From: Bacteriovoracaceae bacterium
GTDB lineage: Bacteria > Bdellovibrionota > UBA1018
Direction: 5' to 3'
Length of the DNA: 64,000 bases
NCBI GenBank assembly: GCA_947447665.1
Contig: CANFJX010000002.1
Coordinates: 209,659 to 273,658 of the forward strand
Shown here: positions 57,358-64,000 of the stretch, in pieces
How positions within the stretch are numbered: the first letter of the stretch is position 1
Layout: every line of letters starts with the position of its first letter
Position numbers and translations under genes: made by a program
Notes under the pieces: generated by a model
The model's database searches: none
What the model was told of the DNA's origin: nothing
Seen by the model: only the letters and a program-made list of their open reading frames with translations

Positions 57358-58791
57358 TTAGGGCTTTGGAATTTTAATCTCGTTGACCTCTGACCTTTGA
57401 CCTGTCGAGGCAAGGAGCTTGACTCCATCAGAATGGTACTGGATACGCATATGATCAAGCTGCCGCACCGCTACCTGATAAGTGGTCATTGCTTGAAAAA
57501 CATCTAGATTAGTGACCAGGCCACGGCGATAATATTCTAGTTCCGTTTCATAATTCTTTTTAGATATATCCAGGAGGTCAGTGAGCTTAATGACCTGTTT
57601 TCTATCAGCCTCAACCGCATCATAGTAAGTACGAACCTCTTGTTCTGCGAGGCGGCGGGTCTGAGACAAGACCAAACTATATTGTCTCGATACCGAATTC
57701 GCTTGCCGGACTTGGGACTGAATCACCCCCCCTTGAAACAGAGGGAAAGTAATCGCGATGGAAGCATCCCAATCAACATTTTTCAGAGCCCCGGGGCGAA
57801 ACAAATAGTAATCGGCGATTAAATCGATCGAGGGAAAATGAGCTCCAAACGCAATCGGAATTCCCTCGTTATTCGCTTTTACGTGATCGAGAGCTGAGCG
57901 TACGTCAGGACGATTTTCAATTAGATCTAAATAGGATTGAATTGGCTTTGGGGCATCCAGTACCCTTGCACTATTGGCACTCGACGATTGAGCACCTCGT
58001 TCGGAGGATCGAAAAAGAACCTCAGTATCTCTGAGAGTAGTGCCTCGATCCCATCCCGTCAAATAGGCGAGGACTTCTTTTGCAGTTTCGAGCTGACCGC
58101 GAGTCATTTCTAGCTGAGCCTCGAGAGAGGCAATATTCGCTTTGAATGTGAGCACGTCAGTCAGTTGTGATCGGCCAATTTTAAAGAATTCCTCTAGCTC
58201 TACCAGTCGCTTCTGATTCAACTCGATTTCAATCTGGTAATTGATCACATCTCGCTCGTAAGCCAAGACATTGTAATAAGCTGTGGAGAGATCATAGAAG
58301 AGTTGCTTTGCAGCGTTTAAGTAGGCTCCAACTTGTGCATTAACCAGAAGCTTTTTTTGCCGAAGCGCAGCAAAATCCCTGAGTCCTCGAAACAAAGGCT
58401 GATCGAGGGTCAGTTTGCCTGTATTTTGCGATGCGGGAAAAATCGCACTCCCAGTCGCACTGGCCGGGGTCTCTTGCCTTAAAAAAGAAAATGAACTGTT
58501 CAAAGTCGGAAATATAGCACCCACTGCTTGTGCATCGACTTCATGAGCTTGCACTAAAAGTTCTTCCTGCATGCCCACGGTTTCGCTTCGGCGAACCGCC
58601 GCCTCGAAGGCTTCCTGAAGACTCTTCGGTAAACCCAAGGGAGGAGCAGGCCTATGACTTGAGTCCAGACTCATCGAAAATCGATAGGCTTCACTCGGAA
58701 TCACATCCCCTTTAGCATCAGCAATCTGAGAGAAAAAATTAAAAAAGAAAAATAGAAGGCAAATCGATTGCATCCCTCGAGTTGAATTCAT
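57358..58791 (-). CDS. Outer-membrane efflux protein (TolC/OEP family)
   Basis: Signal peptide. Two OEP repeats rich in coiled-coil. Confidence 0.8.
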   Translation of the reverse strand: MNSTRGMQSICLLFFFFNFFSQIADAKGDVIPSEAYRFSMSLDSSHRPAPPLGLPKSLQEAFEAAVRRSETVGMQEELLVQAHEVDAQAVGAIFPTLNSSFSFLRQETPASATGSAIFPASQNTGKLTLDQPLFRGLRDFAALRQKKLLVNAQVGAYLNAAKQLFYDLSTAYYNVLAYERDVINYQIEIELNQKRLVELEEFFKIGRSQLTDVLTFKANIASLEAQLEMTRGQLETAKEVLAYLTGWDRGTTLRDTEVLFRSSERGAQSSSANSARVLDAPKPIQSYLDLIENRPDVRSALDHVKANNEGIPIAFGAHFPSIDLIADYYLFRPGALKNVDWDASIAITFPLFQGGVIQSQVRQANSVSRQYSLVLSQTRRLAEQEVRTYYDAVEADRKQVIKLTDLLDISKKNYETELEYYRRGLVTNLDVFQAMTTYQVAVRQLDHMRIQYHSDGVKLLASTGQRSEVNEIKIPKP

Positions 58792-59049
58792 ATTGAGAAT
58801 GGCCCCTTTAAGATCTTAAACTGTGGTGAGATGCGACTCATTTTATAGCCTAAAGTAACTGAATTCATTCAGAATTGAATCTTTTTTTTATTTTTTAATA
58901 TTTAAAAGTGGGAGTCCATGAAACATCATCCATGATAAAAAATTACAACCTGAGTTCGGATCTGAAATGAATCACCTCATGCGACGTGCTCGCCACTGGA
59001 GCGAGCATCCGAACCGGCCACAAAAATAGCGCTCGCTGAAAACCACCGC

Positions 59050-59078
59050 TTGACTCCGGGCGCAACTCCGATTACTAC
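59050..59078 (+). promoter_or_regulatory. Candidate sigma70-type promoter for tRNA-Leu
   Basis: TTGACT (59050-59055), a 17-bp spacer, then TACTAC (59073-59078), about 32 nt upstream of the mature tRNA 5' end. Confidence 0.3.
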
Positions 59079-59109
59079 AGGTCTCAGCCCTCACCTTGAG
59101 TAGCAGTTT

Positions 59110-59194
59110 GCGGTCGTGGTGGAATTGGTAGACACGTACGTTTGAGGGGCGTATACCGAAAGGTGTGACGGTTCAAGTCCGTCCGGCCGCACCA
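59110..59194 (+). tRNA. tRNA-Leu (anticodon GAG), type II with a long variable arm and encoded CCA
   Basis: Hand-folded. Acceptor GCGGTCG/CGGCCGC. Anticodon stem TACGT/GCGTA with loop TTGAGGG. T-arm GACGG-TTCAAGT-CCGTC. 3' ACCA. Confidence 0.85.
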
Positions 59195-59370
59195 TTCTTT
59201 TCTTCTTTACCCCTACCTACTGAAACTCTCCCAAAAGAAATCAACACTATCAAGCACTTAAGTTAAATCACTGAGGACACATTCCAGAAGCATCAAAAAC
59301 GTTTTATCCTTTAACTAGGGTAGTTTCGCCTTAGGCAATCTATCCCACAGGAGAACGTTGACGGTGTTGT

Positions 59371-60753
59371 ATGCTGAAGAATAAAAACACACGGCTTGCC
59401 CGACTTCGGCTCGGAGCTTTTACCCTCCTGTCGTCCTCACTCATGGGATGTATAGGCAACTCCATGGTAACAGGGATTCTGGTCGACGACTCCGCTTCAA
59501 ATTCCATTTCTTCACAAACCTCCCCCAACACTTGGACGGACTCGGCGGGCAATATCTTCATCGCTGACTCAGGAAACCATGCCGTAAGAGTCATTGCAGC
59601 CACTTCAGGATCCACTCCGATCCTTGGGATCTCACCTTCGCAGCTAGCATCCCCCGTGGGGAACTGGATCGCAGGTCATATTTATACCATTGCAGGCACT
59701 TTAGGGGTCCCTGCCGGATCTGGAGATACCGACTCCTCCCCCATTCTCGCAACACAAGCACAGCTCCAGACGCCTACCGCCATTGCTCTCGATGGCGAAG
59801 GAAACCTCTACATCGCGGACTCGGCCGATTGCACGATTCATGAAGTGAGCGCATCCACCGGAAAAATCGCCATTATTGCGGGCATATCGCAAAACTGTGA
59901 CATCAGCGGAGATGGTGTTGCGACCTCAGTTAAGTTAAATGGACCCGTCGGCCTCGCCGTCGATCGATCCAACCATCTTTATATCGCGGACCAAGGTAAT
60001 GCCGCGATCCGAGTGTTCATAAGTACTCCAGGGATCGCAACCATCGCTGGAATCACCCAAGTCTGGGAGGCGAGACAAATCTACACGATCGCAGGCACCC
60101 TAGGCTCATCTGGCAGCACGGGCGAAGACCAATCTGCTACTCAAACCGCACAGCTCCAGGCTCCATCCAGCATTACCCTCGATGCCTCGGGCAATCTCTA
60201 CATCGGTGACTATGTAGCGGTACGAGTCGTAACTAATACGACCGGTACCTATACGGTCGGTGGAATCACGAAGGCATGGACGGCTGGAAATATTTATACA
60301 GTAGCAGGGAGCCTGACCACATCGGGAAATAATGATCAAGCGTCTGCACTGGGGACCACTCTTGGAAGCGATGCATCAATTACCGCACTAACAACTCCTA
60401 TCAGTGGAGTGATTGTCGATACGTCGGGAAATCTCTACATTGATGACCCAGGAAATAACAGCATTCGAGTTGTGCCCAACTCGAGCGGCAGATTTAATCT
60501 CCTCGGAACAACGCTGGGTTCTCCTTGGCAAGCAGGAAACATTAATTCAATTATCCCGAACTTGTCCTACATCACCAATGCCATTTCTTTAGATTCTTCG
60601 GGTAACCTCCTCATCTCAGACACCTCTTCACATAGTATCCACAAGGTGAGCGGCTCAAGTGGCACTGCGACAGTCATCGCGGGAGGACAAGGCTCTGGCT
60701 CGACCGGCGACCAGGGGCCTGCGACCAGCGCACGCTTGAATACTCCATTTTAA
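59371..60753 (+). CDS. NHL-repeat beta-propeller lipoprotein
   Basis: Lipobox LSSSLMGC. At least six repeats of the form GNLYIADSxxxxIRV. Confidence 0.75.
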   Translation: MLKNKNTRLARLRLGAFTLLSSSLMGCIGNSMVTGILVDDSASNSISSQTSPNTWTDSAGNIFIADSGNHAVRVIAATSGSTPILGISPSQLASPVGNWIAGHIYTIAGTLGVPAGSGDTDSSPILATQAQLQTPTAIALDGEGNLYIADSADCTIHEVSASTGKIAIIAGISQNCDISGDGVATSVKLNGPVGLAVDRSNHLYIADQGNAAIRVFISTPGIATIAGITQVWEARQIYTIAGTLGSSGSTGEDQSATQTAQLQAPSSITLDASGNLYIGDYVAVRVVTNTTGTYTVGGITKAWTAGNIYTVAGSLTTSGNNDQASALGTTLGSDASITALTTPISGVIVDTSGNLYIDDPGNNSIRVVPNSSGRFNLLGTTLGSPWQAGNINSIIPNLSYITNAISLDSSGNLLISDTSSHSIHKVSGSSGTATVIAGGQGSGSTGDQGPATSARLNTPF

Positions 60754-60773
60754 GACGAAAGCCTCACTCGTAT

Positions 60774-61484
60774 TCACCAAGAAGAACAGCACCGTTGAGT
60801 CACATGAGGGACTAAGCCCCTCTCGACTTTTTGAGCGCCCCGTTCATCGATCGAGGCAGACTCGGGAGAAACCAAAAATGCAGGGACAGGAGCCGGAGCA
60901 ACGGCAGTTTCCTCAGCAGCGGCCTCGACGAGAGTTTCTGGCTCGAGCACGGCAACTGAAGTCACGGGAGACAAAGCGAGGCTGACCTCACCGATTCGGA
61001 ACTGAAGACCTCCCTCTTCGAAGGTTTTATCAGCTAAGACGGCGACGATTTCACCCGGGGGTCCGAAAGAAATTTTCTTATTGTCCTCAGAACAATTCCC
61101 TTCGAAAGTTTCCGATGCCTGAGCATAAGTCAAAGAGATCTGACCACCGGATGAATTGACAGTGAGAGCTCTCGACACGACGCAACCCTCTTGAACCTCG
61201 TGGGACAAAGTGCTGGAATTTTCGCTAATCGTCAAAATTGCGCCTGCCTTCATCAAGAACATGAAGCTTTTCATTGTTTCCGAACCATCCAGAGTTTCCG
61301 AATTATCCAGAAAATCATCTGAGCTTCCATTTGGACTCAGAAGTTGCCAACGTCCGCTCACGACCTTCACTGAGTCACTCGAGGAGCTCTCTACCTGACT
61401 TTGCTGACTCATCTGATTGCAAGCTGCTAATAGAAGACTCAACACCACACAGCTCACGAGCTTCAGTCTTGATGAATAATTCAT
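60774..61484 (-). CDS. Hypothetical lipoprotein
   Basis: MNYSSRLKLVSCVVLSLLLAACN lipobox. Confidence 0.5.
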   Translation of the reverse strand: MNYSSRLKLVSCVVLSLLLAACNQMSQQSQVESSSSDSVKVVSGRWQLLSPNGSSDDFLDNSETLDGSETMKSFMFLMKAGAILTISENSSTLSHEVQEGCVVSRALTVNSSGGQISLTYAQASETFEGNCSEDNKKISFGPPGEIVAVLADKTFEEGGLQFRIGEVSLALSPVTSVAVLEPETLVEAAAEETAVAPAPVPAFLVSPESASIDERGAQKVERGLVPHVTQRCCSSW

Positions 61485-61655
61485 TTTTTATTTCCCCTTT
61501 TATTCTGATCAATTTTTTGTGACTTATTCGGGATTATAGCGCGGCGCACTAAATAACAAGTAAAAGATCCATGATGAGTGATTGATTTGGCCGAAGGCCC
61601 GTCAAATCGACGACCCAAAATCTTGACCCCCCCCGATATTCTGCTAAAGTCTCGA

Positions 61656-64000
61656 AATGACTCAAGACTTAATCCTCTCCCCGCGTTCGCAGATGCTCAT
61701 CCATGCACTAGAAAACCGCATCCTCGTGATCGACGGCGCCATGGGTACGGCGATCCAGGATCTTCAACTCAAGCCGGAGGACTTCGGCGGACCGGACTTA
61801 GAGGGCTGCAACGAGATTCTTGTTTTCTCCAGGCCCGATTTGATCCTTCAAATTCATCGAGGTTACCTCGAAGCGGGCTGCGACATCGTCGAGACCAACA
61901 CGTTTGGCAGCACTGCTCTCGTCCTCAACGAATACCAACAGGGTCACCGAGCGCTTGAGCAAAATCGAATAGCAGCGCAGCTTGCGCGTGAGGCGGCGGA
62001 TGCTTTTTCTACCCCCGACAAGCCTCGCTTTGTGGCCGGGGCAATCGGCCCCACAACCAAGGCGATCTCAGTCACCGGAGGAATCACATTTGAAGAACTT
62101 CAAGAGAACTTCTCTACGCAAGCCCAGGGGCTTTTCGAGGGAGGCGTCGATTACTTCCTGATCGAAACCTGCCAAGACACCCGGAATATCAAAGCAGCAC
62201 TCATCGCCATTGAAACTCTATTCAAAAAAATCGGGCAGCGACTTCCGATTGCTATCTCTGGGACGATCGAAGCGATGGGCACGATGCTCGCGGGCCAATC
62301 CGTCGAGGCGCTTTTAGCCTCCGTCAGTCACCTGGATCTCCTTTACCTGGGACTTAATTGCGCCACCGGCCCTGAGTTCATGACGGATCCGATTCGATCA
62401 CTGGCCCAACTCTCCCCATTTCGTGTTTCTTGCGTTCCCAACGCAGGACTACCTGATGAGAACGGCTGCTACCTTGAGACGCCTGAAATGGTCTCTCAGA
62501 TCCTCTCTCGATTTGTGTCTCAGGGCTGGATCAATGTCTTAGGTGGTTGCTGCGGAACACACGCAGGGCATATTCGAGCTCTGAGTCAACTTGCCTCTCA
62601 GTACCCCCCGCGTAGGCCCTCCACTGCCCGCCGATCCTTTCTCTCCGGAGTTGATTATCTCGAAATTACCGATGAAATGCGACCAGTCATTGTAGGGGAG
62701 CGAACCAACGTCATCGGAAGTAAAAAATTTAAGACCCTCGTTTGTGAGGAAAAATTTGAAGAAGCCTCCGAAATCGCTCGCGCCCAAATCAAAAACGGGG
62801 CTCAGATCGTCGACCTTTGTCTTGCGAACCCGGATCGCGACGAGATTAAGGATATGCGAAGCTTTATGGAGTTTGCGGTGAAGAAAATCCGAGCCCCGCT
62901 CATGATCGACTCCACCGATGCTGAAGTGATCGAACTCGCGCTCACTTATTGTCAGGGCAAGGCCATCATCAACTCCATTAACCTCGAAGACGGCGAGGAA
63001 CGATTTGAACAGGTCATTCCACTCGCCAAGAAATATGGCGCAGCTCTCGTCGTGGGAACGATTGACGACGACCCGCACCAAGGGATGGGCGTCAATCGTC
63101 AGCGCAAATTAGAAATCGCCGAGCGCTCCTACGAGCTCCTCACTCAGAAGTACGGCGTCCAGCCTGAAGATATTTACTGGGACCCGCTGGTTTTTCCGTG
63201 CGCGACCGGAGACGCTCAGTATGTCGGATCAGCCGTTGAAACGATCGAAGGCATTCGCCTCATCAAGGCCCGGTTCCCCGCGACCCGGACGATTTTAGGC
63301 ATTTCGAACGTTAGTTTTGGACTACCCACGGCAGGACGGGAGGTGCTCAACTCCGTTTTTCTCTACCACTGCGTCCAAGCAGGATTAGACCTCGCCATCG
63401 TCAACTCAGAAAAACTCGAGCGCTACGCCTCGATCCCGGACGAGGAAAAACTCCTAGCGGAAAATCTGATTCGTTCCTCACCCGAGCAGTCTCAAGACGC
63501 GATCACAGCGTTTGCCGCTCATTTCCGTGAGCGTAAAAAAGTGGAGACCACTCGAGAGCGACTCCCACTGATGGAGCGCCTCCCTCGCTACATCATCGAA
63601 GGATCAAAGGACGGTCTGATCGAGGATCTCAACGAAGCACTCCAGAACCTCCCCCCCTTGGAGATTATCAACGGCCCGCTCATGAAGGGCATGGATGAAG
63701 TCGGACGGCTATTTAACTCCAATCAACTCATCGTAGCGGAGGTCCTCCAATCCGCTGAGGTGATGAAGGCGGGAGTTTCTCATCTCGAAAAGTTCATGGA
63801 GAGATCCGAGACCTCTTCTCGCGGCAAAGTGCTTTTGGCCACGGTCAAAGGGGACGTCCATGATATCGGAAAAAACCTCGTTGAAATTATTCTCGCCAAC
63901 AATGGATTTCAGGTCATTAATTTAGGAATTAAAGTCCCTCCCGAGCAATTAATCCAAGCCGTGCGCGAGCATCATCCCGACATCGTGGGGCTTTCGGGTC
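61656..64000 (+). CDS. metH: Cobalamin-dependent methionine synthase, N-terminal about 780 aa (Hcy-binding, pterin-binding and the start of the B12-binding domain). The gene continues beyond the window end.
   Basis: Translation from the ATG at 61656: MTQDLILSPRSQMLIHALENRILVIDGAMGTAIQ...GLNCATGPEFM...GGCCGTHAGHIRA...VKGDVHDIGKNLV. The last of these is the B12-binding DxHxxG region. It is absent from the ORF track because no stop codon falls inside the window. Confidence 0.95.

Noticed and set aside
1-64000. CRISPR arrays, rRNA genes and prophage structural genes
   Set aside because: No regularly spaced direct repeats and no rRNA-like segments were seen. No capsid, terminase or tail genes were recognised. 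Recombinases are the only mobile-element-like genes present.

Overview
This 64 kb window reads as chromosomal DNA of a Gram-negative bacterium with roughly 50% GC. Its gene content fits a Bdellovibrio-like predator, but that assignment is an inference and not proven. Housekeeping blocks I can recognise from the translated ORFs: (1) the SOS mutasome cassette imuA-imuB-dnaE2 on the minus strand at the 5' end, with dnaE2 running off the window; (2) succinate dehydrogenase sdhC-sdhA-sdhB; (3) a branched-chain amino-acid ABC transporter, livK-H-M-G-F-like; (4) an outer-membrane-factor gene followed by two tandem RND permease genes, with no membrane-fusion protein gene; (5) a tRNA-Leu(GAG); (6) the 5' part of cobalamin-dependent methionine synthase metH, running off the 3' end. 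Between these lie accessory-looking regions. (a) A densely packed minus-strand operon at 3342-12515 encodes five signal-peptide proteins that match no family I can name. One is a bacterial collagen-like (G-X-Y)n protein. Two share a glycine-zipper domain. The last large gene is translationally coupled (TAATG overlap plus a GGAGG ribosome-binding site) to a small cytoplasmic protein, the arrangement seen in secreted effector/immunity pairs. This is my top candidate for an undescribed system. (b) A plus-strand cluster at 12597-18202 encodes a small outer-membrane protein, repeat-containing secreted proteins, a TonB-C-domain protein with atypical topology, and ExbB/TolQ- and ExbD/TolR-like proteins. 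No TonB-dependent receptor is present, so it may be a gliding-type (Agl/Glt-like) or otherwise non-canonical proton-motive-force-energised envelope machine. (c) A small secreted Cys/Tyr/Gly-rich protein with a poly-His/Gly tail has its own terminator and sits next to an EamA exporter. (d) A three-domain fusion joins cysteine desulfurase, a metallo-beta-lactamase fold and rhodanese; a stand-alone rhodanese is nearby. (e) Two tyrosine recombinases lie 3 kb apart. One is co-operonic with BtpA/SgcQ and a SEC-C protein and carries an in-frame 12-bp tandem repeat. No CRISPR array, rRNA or obvious prophage was seen. All protein calls come from reading the supplied translations. No database search was run.
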